From assembly GCA_049968255.1 (NCBI GenBank), contig JBMFRB010000002.1, positions 160,001-224,000 on the forward strand: DNA of 64,000 bases, written 5' to 3'. Shown here piece by piece: positions 30,353 through 41,106 of the stretch. The notes below the pieces were generated by a model. It had not been told where the DNA came from. It saw nothing but the letters and a program-made list of their open reading frames with translations, and searched no databases. Origin of the DNA: Candidatus Sumerlaeaceae bacterium. Its GTDB lineage: Bacteria; Sumerlaeota; Sumerlaeia; Sumerlaeales; Sumerlaeaceae. Each line of letters opens with the position of its first letter. Positions within the stretch are counted from its first letter, which is position 1. Made by a program: the position numbers and the translations under genes.

Positions 30353-31696
30353 ATGTTTAGAAAGATCCTTATAGCCAACCGTGGTGAAGTTGCTCTGCGT
30401 ATCATTCGGGCATGCAAGGAGCTGGGAATACGCACCGTTGCCGTGTATTCGGAAGCCGATGCAAACTCGCTGCATGTGAAATTTGCTGACGAGGACGTAT
30501 GCATTGGACCAGCCCCAAGCGCGGAAAGCTACCTAAATGTCGCGCGTATCATCAGCGCTGCTGAAATCACCGATGCCGAGGCAATTCATCCAGGTTATGG
30601 ATTCTTGGCTGAGAATGCGGAGTTCGCCGAACTCTGTGAGACTTGTAAGATCAAGTTCATCGGGCCGTCACCGGAGGCGATCCGTCGTATGGGCGACAAG
30701 GCGGAAGCCAAGAGAACAATGCGCGAAGCAGGGGTGCCATGCATTCCCGGAAGCCCTGGCTTGGTGACCGACATTGGGGAAGCACGAGCAATTGCCGATG
30801 AAATTGGTTATCCTATTATCATAAAGGCTGCTGCTGGCGGCGGTGGTCGTGGCATGCGCGTAGCGCACACACCCATCGCATTGTCTACTTCTTTTGCGAC
30901 AGCGCAGGCCGAGGCGGAGAAAGCTTTCGGCAATCCCGGAGTTTATATCGAAAAGTTCATCGAGAACCCCAAGCACGTGGAGGTTCAGATTCTTGCTGAT
31001 GAGCACGGGCATGCAGTCTATCTGGGCGAGCGTGACTGTTCGGTCCAGCGTCGCCACCAAAAGCTGATCGAAGAGAGTCCTTGCCCAGTTCTTGATGAAG
31101 AGACACGGCGCAAGATTGGAGAGGCTGCAGTCCGTGCAGCCCAGGCCGTTGGTTATGCAAATGCCGGCACGATTGAGTTCCTCCTTGATAAGGATAAGAA
31201 TTTTTATTTCATGGAAATGAACACCCGGATTCAGGTTGAGCACCCTGTCACCGAGCAGGTCACACTGTTCGACCTTGTCCAAGCGCAGGTGCGCATCGCG
31301 GCCGGCGAAGAGCTACCAATACGTCAGGAAGACATCAAGCTTATTGGGCACTCGATCGAATGCCGCATCAATGCAGAGAATCCGGACAAAGGGTTTATTC
31401 CCTCGCCAGGGCGAATTACGACGTATCACGTCCCAGGCGGACCAGGCGTTCGAGTGGACTCGCACTGTTACCAGGAGTATGTAATTCCGCCCTATTATGA
31501 TTCTATGATCGGAAAACTCATTACGTGGGCCCCAAGCCGCGAGGAATGTATTGCCCGTATGCGCCGCGCCTTGGACGAATTTGTCATTGAAGGTGTGGCC
31601 ACAACCATTCCATTTCACCGCGCCGTCATGGACAGTGAAGAATTTTTGCGTGGGACGTTCGGCACGAACTTTGTCGAGAATTTCTGGAAAAAGTAA
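30353..31696 (+). CDS. accC: Biotin carboxylase
   Basis: [53 protein letters not shown]. Confidence 0.97.
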   Translation: MFRKILIANRGEVALRIIRACKELGIRTVAVYSEADANSLHVKFADEDVCIGPAPSAESYLNVARIISAAEITDAEAIHPGYGFLAENAEFAELCETCKIKFIGPSPEAIRRMGDKAEAKRTMREAGVPCIPGSPGLVTDIGEARAIADEIGYPIIIKAAAGGGGRGMRVAHTPIALSTSFATAQAEAEKAFGNPGVYIEKFIENPKHVEVQILADEHGHAVYLGERDCSVQRRHQKLIEESPCPVLDEETRRKIGEAAVRAAQAVGYANAGTIEFLLDKDKNFYFMEMNTRIQVEHPVTEQVTLFDLVQAQVRIAAGEELPIRQEDIKLIGHSIECRINAENPDKGFIPSPGRITTYHVPGGPGVRVDSHCYQEYVIPPYYDSMIGKLITWAPSREECIARMRRALDEFVIEGVATTIPFHRAVMDSEEFLRGTFGTNFVENFWKK

Positions 31697-31697
31697 G

Positions 31698-31726
31698 GCT
31701 CTGGGCTGCTGAGTGCGGCCCAGAGC
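31698..31726. terminator. GC-rich hairpin between convergent accC and fusA (possible terminator)
   Basis: gctctgggctgc-tgagt-gcggcccagagc forms a 12-bp stem just after the accC stop; no clear U-tract. Confidence 0.45.
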
Positions 31727-31762
31727 TGAAGTGTTTGGCAAGCGCCCAGCCCAGACCAAAAG

Positions 31763-33862
31763 CTAGCGCACCAAATCCTCGCCAGTAATTCTCTCTGCGA
31801 TGGCCTTTGGAACCTTGTCGTAGTGAGAGAACTGCATCGTATAGGTGGCACGCCCTTGAGTTCGGCTACGAAGGTCGGTGGCGTAGCCGAACATTTCGCT
31901 CAGCGGAACGTTGGCTCGGACTACTTGAGAGTTGCCGCGTCGCATGGTCTCTTCGATTTTACCGCGGCGCGAGGTCAAGTCGCCAAGTACATCCCCGAAG
32001 AATTCCTCCGGCGTCACAACCTCCACGAGCATGATTGGTTCAAGGAGTTCTGGAGCGCATTTGCGGGCTCCTTCTTTGAAGGCAATACTTCCTGCAAATT
32101 CGAATGCAAGTTCGCTTGAATCCACGGGATGGAATGACCCGTCGTGGAGGGTAACCCTAATGTCGACCATGGGGTAACCAGCCAGCACACCGGTTTTCAT
32201 CGCATTCACTACACCCTTTTCAACGGCGGGGATATATTCTTTGGGTATGATACCCCCTACGATTTCGTTGACAAATTCGAAACCTGAGCCCGGCGGCATT
32301 GGTTCAATCCGCAAGACCACATGGCCGTACTGTCCCTTTCCACCGCTCTGGCGGATGTATTTGCCTTCGGCGCGGTCTATGGATTTTGTAATGGTCTCTC
32401 GGTAAGCCACCTGCGGTTTGCCGACGTTAGCCTCCACGTTGAACTCGCGACGTAAGCGATCGACGATGATTTCAAGATGGAGCTCTCCCATCCCACTGAG
32501 GATTGTTTGATTTGTCTCCTCGTCCATGCGCACGCGGAATGTGGGGTCTTCTTCCTGGAGGCGGGCGAGGGCCGAGCTCAGCTTGTCCTGATCTGCTTTG
32601 GTTTTTGGCTCCACAGCGATGTGGATAACGGGTTCGGGGAACGTCATCGGCTCGAGAAGGATCGGATGGTCGGGATCGGCAAGCGTGTCACCCGTTTGTG
32701 TGAATTTCAATCCCACTGCGGCAGCGATATCGCCAGTGCGTACCTCGTCAAGGGGTTCGCGATCATTTGCGTGCATGAGCAAAATGCGTCCGATGCGTTC
32801 GGTTTTGTCCTTGGTGCAGTTGAGCACATACGATCCGCTTTTCATGACACCGCTATAGACGCGGAAGTAAGTGAGTTTGCCAACATGGGGGTCACTCATG
32901 ATTTTGAAGGCCAAGGCGGCGAAAGGCTGATTGTCGTCGGGCAAACGCTCTTCGATTTCGCCCGTCTCAGGATTCTCGCCTTTCACGGGCGGGAGATCGA
33001 GCGGGGAGGGCAAGTAATCAACAATAGCGTCGAGCAAGGGTTGAACGCCCTTGTTTTTGAAGGAGGAACCACAGAGCACCGGGGTGATTTTTGCAGCAAG
33101 CACACTTCTGCGGAGGAGAGGTTTCAATTCTTCGGCAGAGAAGTCGTGATTATTTGCCATCAGATATGTGTCCATGAAGTTTTCGTCATACTCTGCAATG
33201 GCCTCTAGCATTTTGCCGTGCCATTCGGTAGCCTGTTCGCGGTACTCTTCTGGAATCTCTGTGACCTCAAACTGGCGACCCATTGACGGGTCTTCGCCAA
33301 GTGGCCACAGGTAGGCACACATGGTGACAAGGTCAACGACACCGCGGAAGTTCTCTTCCTCTCCGATGGGAATCTGTATGGGGACGGGGTGACATGCCAG
33401 GCGCTCCTTCATCATGTTCACCGTGCCGAAAAAATTAGCGCCTACTCGGTCCATTTTATTGATGAAAGCCAGACGCGGCACGCCGTATTTGTCCGCCTGA
33501 CGCCAAACGGTCTCACTTTGGGGTTCTACGCCCCCTACTGCACAAAACAACGCGATTGCTCCGTCGAGAACGCGGATTGAGCGTTCGACCTCGACTGTGA
33601 AGTCCACGTGTCCGGGTGTATCTATGATGTTGATTCGATGATTTTTCCACGTGCACTGAGTGGCAGCTGAAGTGATTGTGATACCGCGTTCTTTCTCCTG
33701 TTCCATCCAATCCATTTCGGCAGCGCCTTCGTGCACCTCGCCGATTTTGTAGGTGCGCCCAGTGTAAAAGAGGATGCGTTCGGTGGTCGTGGTTTTGCCT
33801 GCATCGATATGGGCCATAATGCCGATATTTCGCATTCGGCTCAGTGGTGTAGTTCTTGGCAC
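31763..33862 (-). CDS. fusA: Elongation factor G (stand-alone copy)
   Basis: [46 protein letters not shown]; GTG start. Confidence 0.98.
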   Translation of the reverse strand: MPRTTPLSRMRNIGIMAHIDAGKTTTTERILFYTGRTYKIGEVHEGAAEMDWMEQEKERGITITSAATQCTWKNHRINIIDTPGHVDFTVEVERSIRVLDGAIALFCAVGGVEPQSETVWRQADKYGVPRLAFINKMDRVGANFFGTVNMMKERLACHPVPIQIPIGEEENFRGVVDLVTMCAYLWPLGEDPSMGRQFEVTEIPEEYREQATEWHGKMLEAIAEYDENFMDTYLMANNHDFSAEELKPLLRRSVLAAKITPVLCGSSFKNKGVQPLLDAIVDYLPSPLDLPPVKGENPETGEIEERLPDDNQPFAALAFKIMSDPHVGKLTYFRVYSGVMKSGSYVLNCTKDKTERIGRILLMHANDREPLDEVRTGDIAAAVGLKFTQTGDTLADPDHPILLEPMTFPEPVIHIAVEPKTKADQDKLSSALARLQEEDPTFRVRMDEETNQTILSGMGELHLEIIVDRLRREFNVEANVGKPQVAYRETITKSIDRAEGKYIRQSGGKGQYGHVVLRIEPMPPGSGFEFVNEIVGGIIPKEYIPAVEKGVVNAMKTGVLAGYPMVDIRVTLHDGSFHPVDSSELAFEFAGSIAFKEGARKCAPELLEPIMLVEVVTPEEFFGDVLGDLTSRRGKIEETMRRGNSQVVRANVPLSEMFGYATDLRSRTQGRATYTMQFSHYDKVPKAIAERITGEDLVR

Positions 33863-34044
33863 AGCAGTAGCTTCCCTTCGATACGTATTTGGGTAATCAG
33901 AGCGAGAGAAACAGAACTCTCGGTTGAATGCTCGGTTCTAAGATCCGCTTTTTGTACAAGAGCACGGTGAGCTTATTTTATGACCAGGATGTGACATACT
34001 TTGCGGCAAAGACCTCTGCGCAAAAAGTAGCTTGTCGCTTTACT

Positions 34045-36054
34045 CTAATCTGTTGTACGGCCGAGGCGTCGCGTAATTTTGCCCAGTATGCTTTGGAATT
34101 CGGGAATATGTAACGTCACCGATGCTGCGCTATAAGTCAAAAGGCCAACAATGGTTCCCAGCATGAGCCGGATGAGTTCCTCAAGTTGCAGGGTCGCCAG
34201 CCAGGTGCGTCGTAAGGCCTCTGCACTTATCTCGAATCGCGCTGTAAGCTGGTCAACAGGTGCGTGGATAACAGCGACAAGGTAAGCGGGTTCTTCCAAG
34301 GCAGTGGGGGCTGGGTGGCCGTGTTTGTGAATTCTCACCAGGAGTTCTCCGCGGCGTCTGTCAGAATCGAGCACAACTCGAGAGAGGGCTAGTGATGCTG
34401 TTGTGCTTCCACGTGGAGCAAAAACCACGGCGACACGAGCTTTGCGGAAATCGATCGGGGGGGGCGGTGTGTCGTCGCGAGCGATCAATTTCCAGAATGC
34501 GCTCAGCTCCTCGGACGTGTGAAGGGTGAGGACCGCGCCGCCGTCGTAGCGTGCGCTTACATGGCCCGGAAATCGCTCGCCACTCTCGATGACAATGGCA
34601 GGGGAGACGTGCAACTTGCTAGCACCAGAGACGGCCAAAGCCATGATGCCTGCGGCAGCAATCATTTTCCACACAGACCATAAGCCGCCAAGATCACCAG
34701 CGACCGCAAAACGGCGATCGAGGATGAGGTAGGAGAGAAGCGTTGTGATCACATAGGTCACTGCGGCAGCGATCGGGACGCAAAGTATGCTTAGAGACTT
34801 ATAAAGCCCTACCATGAGAACGACCGAAAGCGCCACACCAAGAATGTTGATCCACATGGGAGTCCAAGTGTCTTGCTGCGCATAAAAGCCGCGGCTGGCG
34901 AGGATGACCAGCGAATAGGGAACAATAGACAGCGCATATACGGCCAGAAAACGGGCTGTGAATTGCGTGTTGGCGTAAGTGAACTGACCTCTTTCAAAAA
35001 GTACCCGAACAATTGGTACTGCCAGCGTCGAAAGCAGAACGACAACGGGGAGCAAGATAAAAATCGTCCATCGCGTCCCCATAACGACGGTAGCCAAGAA
35101 TTCGCGCTTTGCAGCCTTTGCGGCGTGTTCGGCTAGGACGGGGTAGAGCACCGTGGCGATCGAAACAGCGATGATGCCGTAAGGCATCATGATGAGCTGG
35201 AAGCAGAATGTGTAAGTTGTGAAGCCGCTTCCCACCGTGTAAAGGATATTGGATCGAACAATCGTTCCGATGAGATTTGCGAGGCCGACGCCAAGCACCG
35301 GTAACCCTAACGTGAATATTGAACTAAGTAGGGGATCGCGAAGGCTTAGTTGGGGGCGCGCAGGCCATCCGAGCGAGAGTAGCCACGGAATTTGGCAAAA
35401 CGCCATCGCAGCGATGCCCAACGTAGTTCCCACAGCAAGGCCAGTAATTCCGACAAGCCCAAGCCAATACAACAAGAGCGTCACGATGACGACAACGTTG
35501 TTGAGAATCGGTGCCGCAGCGGTGATCGCAAAAACACCCCGCGAATTGAGAATGGCCATGAACACCGCATTGAGGCCGTAAAAGAACATTTGCGGTGCGA
35601 AGAACCGAAAGAAATACGTTGCAAGCTCTCTACTCTGCTCGGCGTGGACGCCTTTGCCGAAACGTGTCAGGAGACCAACGATCGTCGGAGAAAAAAGCAC
35701 CGCCAACGCTGAGACAGCAGCAAGAACTAATCCGACATAGCCGAGCAGCAGATTTGCAACTCTCCAGGCTTGCGCCGAATCCTTGCCGTAGCGCTGTTGC
35801 GTTTCCACAAGCAGTGGAATAAGAATCGCGCTCAGCATGCCGCCAATGACAAATTCGTAAACAATGTTGGGAATCGTGTTGGCCAATTGATAGGCGTCAT
35901 CAAAACGACCGCTTCCTAAAACAGCGGCGAACACGGAGACGCGCAGCAGACCAGTAATTCGGCTGAGCAGAGTCAGAAGCGAAAATGCTAGGGTGTTTTT
36001 GGCCAGTTGACTCACGGCGTTTGTCAAGTCGGTCCTGCGCGAGCGCAACGTCAA
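34045..36054 (-). CDS. murJ: Lipid II flippase MurJ with an inserted extracytoplasmic domain
   Basis: LSRITGLLR, ANTIPN, APILNN, PYGIIAVSIATVLYP, LFERGQF, FYAQQDT; 669 aa against roughly 520 aa typical. Start uncertain. Confidence 0.9.
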   Translation of the reverse strand: MTLRSRRTDLTNAVSQLAKNTLAFSLLTLLSRITGLLRVSVFAAVLGSGRFDDAYQLANTIPNIVYEFVIGGMLSAILIPLLVETQQRYGKDSAQAWRVANLLLGYVGLVLAAVSALAVLFSPTIVGLLTRFGKGVHAEQSRELATYFFRFFAPQMFFYGLNAVFMAILNSRGVFAITAAAPILNNVVVIVTLLLYWLGLVGITGLAVGTTLGIAAMAFCQIPWLLSLGWPARPQLSLRDPLLSSIFTLGLPVLGVGLANLIGTIVRSNILYTVGSGFTTYTFCFQLIMMPYGIIAVSIATVLYPVLAEHAAKAAKREFLATVVMGTRWTIFILLPVVVLLSTLAVPIVRVLFERGQFTYANTQFTARFLAVYALSIVPYSLVILASRGFYAQQDTWTPMWINILGVALSVVLMVGLYKSLSILCVPIAAAVTYVITTLLSYLILDRRFAVAGDLGGLWSVWKMIAAAGIMALAVSGASKLHVSPAIVIESGERFPGHVSARYDGGAVLTLHTSEELSAFWKLIARDDTPPPPIDFRKARVAVVFAPRGSTTASLALSRVVLDSDRRRGELLVRIHKHGHPAPTALEEPAYLVAVIHAPVDQLTARFEISAEALRRTWLATLQLEELIRLMLGTIVGLLTYSAASVTLHIPEFQSILGKITRRLGRTTD

Positions 36055-36177
36055 ACGTTTTCCATTCCTGTTCGACTAATTCCTAAGGGGGTGAGCGGAA
36101 AAACTGCGGAATTCGTTGCGTAAGAAGAGAGCCTTTTTGGTAAAGTTTTTTGCAGCGAGCTTTTTTCTGACAAAATC

Positions 36178-37422
36178 ATGAGAGGGAAGGCGATCGTGGG
36201 AAGCCGCGAGATTCGGATGCCCAAACTCAGTGAGTCTATGACTGAGGGCAAAGTCCTCCACTGGGGGGTCAAGAAAGGGGATTTTGTTTCGCCGGGCGAC
36301 GTTCTAGGCGAGGTTGAGACCGATAAAGCAAACATGGAAATCGAGGCGACGGAGCCTGGCTACATAGAAGAGATTCTTGTGCCGGTCGGAAGCGTTGTCC
36401 CTGTCGGCACGCCGCTTCTTCGCTATGCGGATAAGTTGGAGGATCTTCCGGCAGCAAGTTGCACTGAAGTTGTGCAGCTCACAGAGGATGGTGGGTCCCA
36501 ACAGATCGGCAGTTGTGGTATCTCTGGAGCAGAGAGGGGAGTGACTCCGTTCGGCACCAACAATGTCTCTCCCGTCGCGGAAGAACTGGCTCGCGAGCTT
36601 GGGGTAGACCTGGCCAGCGTCAGCGGTAGCGGCCCACAGGGGCGCATCATGAAGAATGACGTGCTTCGTGCAGCGCAGCTTCACCATAATGGCAGCCACG
36701 CTTTGCTTGGCTCTGCCCAACCTCAAGCATCAATCAGTTTGCAGGAGCTTGTTGGCGACGAGCCAGCGGAAGCACTCCAATCGCCGCGACAACAGAGCAA
36801 TGACCTGTCCGTGCCGCCTGCTCGTCTAGAATCTATAACTTTCTCCGGGCGGCTGCCGTTGACGCAACTGCGGGCACCCTTAGTGACAATCGTCGAGCAG
36901 ATGAAGTTAACACCTCGCCTGACGTGGAGAGACCTCATTCCAGTCCTTGTTGGGCGTGCTTATGCCCTAGCTCTCCATTGTCAGGCGATTAGCGCACCAG
37001 AGAGTTTTGCGGGGGATGCTATCGCCGGATCAGTTGCAGTGAGCGTAGGAACACCGAACCGCCGCCTCTATCCGTTGCTTCATTCAGTAGCTTCTGTTTC
37101 TCTTGCAACGCTTATTCGCGAATTTGCCGAATTGCGCGAACGTGCGTTGGCCGGACTCTTGCGGAGTGAGGAATGCCGCGGTGCACAACTTGTGGTCGAA
37201 TTCCTTGGCCAGGTTGGAGGGGAACTTGCAAGCACGCAACTAGCAGAAGGATCATCGCCTTTGGTTTGCATCGCGATGTCGTCATCCGGCCAACTTAGAT
37301 TATCACTCGCGGTGAGAACGCCGCTTTACCAACTCGCGGCATGGAGTAAAGTGCATACCATGGCTGCTGCAGCGCTTCGCCACCCACTTCTTTTGGCGGA
37401 TATCTTTGAACCCTGTGAATGA
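36178..37422 (+). CDS. Lipoyl-domain/E3-binding protein, E2-like with degenerate acyltransferase core
   Basis: MPKLSESMTEG...VETDKANME lipoyl domain; SPVAEELARELGVDLASVSGSGPQGRIMKNDV peripheral subunit-binding domain; no DHRxxDG. Confidence 0.85.
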   Translation: MRGKAIVGSREIRMPKLSESMTEGKVLHWGVKKGDFVSPGDVLGEVETDKANMEIEATEPGYIEEILVPVGSVVPVGTPLLRYADKLEDLPAASCTEVVQLTEDGGSQQIGSCGISGAERGVTPFGTNNVSPVAEELARELGVDLASVSGSGPQGRIMKNDVLRAAQLHHNGSHALLGSAQPQASISLQELVGDEPAEALQSPRQQSNDLSVPPARLESITFSGRLPLTQLRAPLVTIVEQMKLTPRLTWRDLIPVLVGRAYALALHCQAISAPESFAGDAIAGSVAVSVGTPNRRLYPLLHSVASVSLATLIREFAELRERALAGLLRSEECRGAQLVVEFLGQVGGELASTQLAEGSSPLVCIAMSSSGQLRLSLAVRTPLYQLAAWSKVHTMAAAALRHPLLLADIFEPCE

Positions 37423-37429
37423 AGGCCAA

Positions 37430-38200
37430 ATGAAAACATCGCCCCATTCGAATCTTACATATGTTTTCTCGGCTGCAAGCCGCGCAGTCGGAAAGACGAT
37501 TTTTTCAGATGCCAACGCAAGTGCGAGGTGGTTGGGACGCGTCGCTTACCTTCACGGGCTGGCGATCATGGAATCGCTGCTTTGTGAAAAGATGGCTAGC
37601 TTGCAAAAGGATTGGTTTCTCTATCTCGAACATGAACCAGTGATAACTTACGGCCGTACGACGCCGGCGCATCATTTGCCCCCAACCGAGGCAAATATTC
37701 CTCGCCTCGAAGTGTCACGTGGTGGCCTTGCGACCTACCACGGGCCAGGGCAACTTGTGGGGTATGTGATTTGCGATCTGCGGCGCCGAGCGCGTGGCGC
37801 TCCGCCGGACCTTCATGAATTTCTGCGCGCCTTGGAAGAAGGAATAGCGGCCTATCTCACCGAAGAGTGGCATTTATTCGCCGGTTCATTAGAGGGTAGG
37901 ACAGGAGTCTGGATAACGAATGCCACACCGCCAAGGAAGATCGTTTCTATTGGTATTGGCGTGAGACGGTGGATTACTTATCACGGGTTCGCTATCAATG
38001 TTTTCAACGACCTGCAGATTTTCTCCCAATTCGTTCCTTGTGGGCTGGAAGGAGTGACGATGACCTCTCTTGCTGCTGAATTGCAGGTTAAGCCAGATAC
38101 CAAAAAAACGCTGGATCTGAAAGCTGTCGCGACAGCTTTGCACCCATATGTCATCTCGTCTTTGCGCTTGCATGGTTGGTGCTGGGCAGAGGTCGTGTGA
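37430..38200 (+). CDS. lipB: Octanoyltransferase
   Basis: LEHEPVITYG, RGGLATYHGPGQLVGY, TGVW, KIVSIG, HGFAIN, PCG. Confidence 0.94.
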   Translation: MKTSPHSNLTYVFSAASRAVGKTIFSDANASARWLGRVAYLHGLAIMESLLCEKMASLQKDWFLYLEHEPVITYGRTTPAHHLPPTEANIPRLEVSRGGLATYHGPGQLVGYVICDLRRRARGAPPDLHEFLRALEEGIAAYLTEEWHLFAGSLEGRTGVWITNATPPRKIVSIGIGVRRWITYHGFAINVFNDLQIFSQFVPCGLEGVTMTSLAAELQVKPDTKKTLDLKAVATALHPYVISSLRLHGWCWAEVV

Positions 38201-39084
38201 TGAGCACCGAAACCTCAGTATCGCGTCGCCATCCGCAATGGATTCGCGCAAAAATGCCCGGAATGGGCGAGTTTGCTTACACACAGAAGGTGCTGCGCGA
38301 TTCAAATCTTCACACGGTCTGTGAAGAGGCGCAATGCCCCAACCGCAGCGAATGCTATGCACATCGCACGGCCACGTTTATGATTCTCGGAAACGTGTGC
38401 ACGCGGCGTTGTGCTTTCTGTGCAGTCCCGCAAGCCATCCCGCCTGCTCCTCCAGACCCGGAAGAGCCAGCTCGCCTGGCTGAAGCTGTGACTCGACTGA
38501 ATTTGCAGCATGTGGTGATTACGAGTGTGGACAGGGACGATCTTCCGGATCAGGGCGCAGAGCACTATGTGCGTTGTGTGGAAGCGGTTGCAGAACGACA
38601 ACCGTCCGCGCGGATCGAGCTTCTCATACCGGATTTTCGAGGCGACGGGAACGCCCTTCACATTGTGTTGAAAGCTCCCATCCATGTTCTGGGGCACAAT
38701 ATCGAAACAGTTCCTCGCCTCTATCCCGTTGCGCGGCGTGGGGCACGTTATGCGCGGTCGATCCTCCTGCTCAAGCGAGCGAAAGACATGCGTCCAGATG
38801 TGTTGACAAAAACCGGCCTCATGTTAGGGCTTGGCGAAGACGAAGATGAAGTCGAGCTTGTGCTGGCTGACCTGCGAGATGCTGACGTGGACATCGTCAC
38901 GCTGGGGCAATATCTGCAACCAACGCCCCTACAGCTGCCCGTAAGCCGCTATCTGTCGCCAAAAGAGTTTGAATATTGGCGTGAGAAGGCGCTGCACATG
39001 GGATTTCGATGGGTGGAAGCCGGTCCGCTCGTTCGTAGCTCCTACCATGCGTGGGCGCACGTTGAGCACGCTCAGGTAGGATGA
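38200..39084 (+). CDS. lipA: Lipoyl synthase
   Basis: CEEAQCPNRSEC, CTRRCAFC, VRSSYHA; TGATG coupling to lipB. Confidence 0.97.
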   Translation: MSTETSVSRRHPQWIRAKMPGMGEFAYTQKVLRDSNLHTVCEEAQCPNRSECYAHRTATFMILGNVCTRRCAFCAVPQAIPPAPPDPEEPARLAEAVTRLNLQHVVITSVDRDDLPDQGAEHYVRCVEAVAERQPSARIELLIPDFRGDGNALHIVLKAPIHVLGHNIETVPRLYPVARRGARYARSILLLKRAKDMRPDVLTKTGLMLGLGEDEDEVELVLADLRDADVDIVTLGQYLQPTPLQLPVSRYLSPKEFEYWREKALHMGFRWVEAGPLVRSSYHAWAHVEHAQVG

Positions 39085-39216
39085 GTGCACACGAATGAAG
39101 ATCCGAAAGCTTGTCGCGAACTGCTGTAGGCGTTGCTTTCGAGGTGTCAGCTGCACCGGCAAGGATATGCGCGAAACCTTGATCTAGGGCCAAAGAGAAC
39201 GCACTGAGGATTTGCC

Positions 39217-41106
39217 ATGGTGCTTATCAAAGACCTTCTCTGGTTCGCAGTGCTTGTCCCAAGCATTTTCCTGCTTGGGCATCTGTTGGTGCGCCGACGA
39301 CTTGCCCGCTTTGTCGGTTCCACAACCTATCTTTGGCTAGCCACGTCAGCAGGCCTTCTTGCCACAAGCCTTTTCGTGTTTGCCCTTGGAATTCCGCACG
39401 TGTTTACGTCCCGAATCCTGTTTGTGGCGTTAGTGTGCCTCTGGATCGGAGCCACTTTACACGTCGAATTGAGGACAGCCGTTTTTGGTGAAATGCGCGA
39501 AAGTGTAAGGGCACTCAGCCAATTCCTGCAGGTCACCTGGCGGGAGTCCTGGTTTCTTACGACGATTCTCTTGGGCATTGTCGGTGCAGCGTTCCTTGGT
39601 TGCGGAACACCCGAAGTCCGCGGTGATCCAATTATCTATCATCTTACGGAAGCATGGCTTTATGTGCTTCATCGCGGGCACGTCGAAATCCCTTCATCTG
39701 CTCTCACGTATATTCCACAGAATCAGCAGTTGCTCTATGCTCTTGCATTGTCTGTCGGTTCCGACAGTCTGGCCAAGCTGTTTCACTGGATGCAGGGTGT
39801 GTTGCTTTTGGGTGGGACCGTCGCACTGGCGCGACGTGTTGGTGTATCGCGCCCCGGTAGCATCGCAGCTGCTACGTTATTGGTGGCTTGCCCCACGTGG
39901 TTTTACCTTGCGACGACGACTTACGTTGATCTGGCAGTAGCCAACTATCTGCTCTGCTGTGTCTATCTCTTGCTAGCTACACGGAACGTCCAGGAGAGCA
40001 CAGGCTCAATGCTCAGCGTTGCGGGCGCTTTTGTAGGAGGCGCACTGGGTTGCAAGTATACAGCGGGTCTCGTCGGTTTTCTCCCGGCGTTAGTTGCATG
40101 GCTCTTTTTCTCGCATCGCACATTGCGCCTTGTATGGAACAAAGTTCTGCGCGGAGCCATCGTGTTCACGGCGGCTTGCTTAGTGATTTTTTCGCCATGG
40201 CTCGTGCGCAACTGGTGGTGGACCGGCAATCCTGTCGCCCCTAGTTTTATGCGATGGCTCGGTCCAAAGGGCGTACCTGAGCGCACGTTATCCTGGCCGG
40301 ATATTCTTGCGGTTCCCGCTGAGCCAACACACTCGCCACTGCTTTTGCTGCGTGCTTACGTTGTGATGTTCTTATCTCTGGGGAAGTTCGGAAATTTACT
40401 TCCGTCGCTTGCTCTTGTTCTCGGAGTAGTGGGAACTCTCATTTCCGCAGCGCGGCTGCGCTTTTGGACTTTAGAAGTGCGTTTCCTACTCCTCTTCCTG
40501 ACACTCGCATTTCTCCTGGGAGTGCCCACAGCCACACTTCGCCAGGATTCCCGGTACATCATGGCTCATGTCGCAATCCTGGCGGTCCTCATTGTGTTCT
40601 GGTACGAACAGCTTGCCATCGCCGCGGCTCCGCACCCCCACCTTCTGAAACGTGTGGCTGCGTTAGTTGTCATTCTGTTGATTGTGAGTGGAATCGTTCA
40701 GACCTATTTTCGTTTCCAGGATCTTAACGAAACCATTGTGCCCATAGTTGACGAAAGCGCACGCGATGATTATTGTGCAAAAAGATTACCAAATTATTTA
40801 GCTAATAAACGGCTGACCCAATACTGTGGACGTCTAAATGGTCTCGTACTCGGCGCTGCTTATCCCGCCTCCGTCCCGTATGTGCTAGGTGTGGCGTCGC
40901 TCCGTCCGGAACTGGTTGAGCAGGACGTCAGTGCATTAGAAATCCGGCACCTTCCTGGTTTGTGGCGCGCAGGGGTGAGGTACCTCTTTGGGGTGGTTCG
41001 CCCAGAGTTAGTTCCATTTCTGGAACGTATCGGTGAAAGCGAGGGTGTTACGCTTTGGAAAATTACGCGGATACCAGAAAACTCTCAGGCAGGAGGGCGT
41101 ACATAA
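39217..41106 (+). CDS. Large polytopic membrane protein, GT-C/PMT-like glycosyltransferase
   Basis: DPIIYHL, YVDL, CKYT, SPWLVRNWWWTGNPVAP, RY motifs; many TM helices. Confidence 0.72.
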   Translation: MVLIKDLLWFAVLVPSIFLLGHLLVRRRLARFVGSTTYLWLATSAGLLATSLFVFALGIPHVFTSRILFVALVCLWIGATLHVELRTAVFGEMRESVRALSQFLQVTWRESWFLTTILLGIVGAAFLGCGTPEVRGDPIIYHLTEAWLYVLHRGHVEIPSSALTYIPQNQQLLYALALSVGSDSLAKLFHWMQGVLLLGGTVALARRVGVSRPGSIAAATLLVACPTWFYLATTTYVDLAVANYLLCCVYLLLATRNVQESTGSMLSVAGAFVGGALGCKYTAGLVGFLPALVAWLFFSHRTLRLVWNKVLRGAIVFTAACLVIFSPWLVRNWWWTGNPVAPSFMRWLGPKGVPERTLSWPDILAVPAEPTHSPLLLLRAYVVMFLSLGKFGNLLPSLALVLGVVGTLISAARLRFWTLEVRFLLLFLTLAFLLGVPTATLRQDSRYIMAHVAILAVLIVFWYEQLAIAAAPHPHLLKRVAALVVILLIVSGIVQTYFRFQDLNETIVPIVDESARDDYCAKRLPNYLANKRLTQYCGRLNGLVLGAAYPASVPYVLGVASLRPELVEQDVSALEIRHLPGLWRAGVRYLFGVVRPELVPFLERIGESEGVTLWKITRIPENSQAGGRT

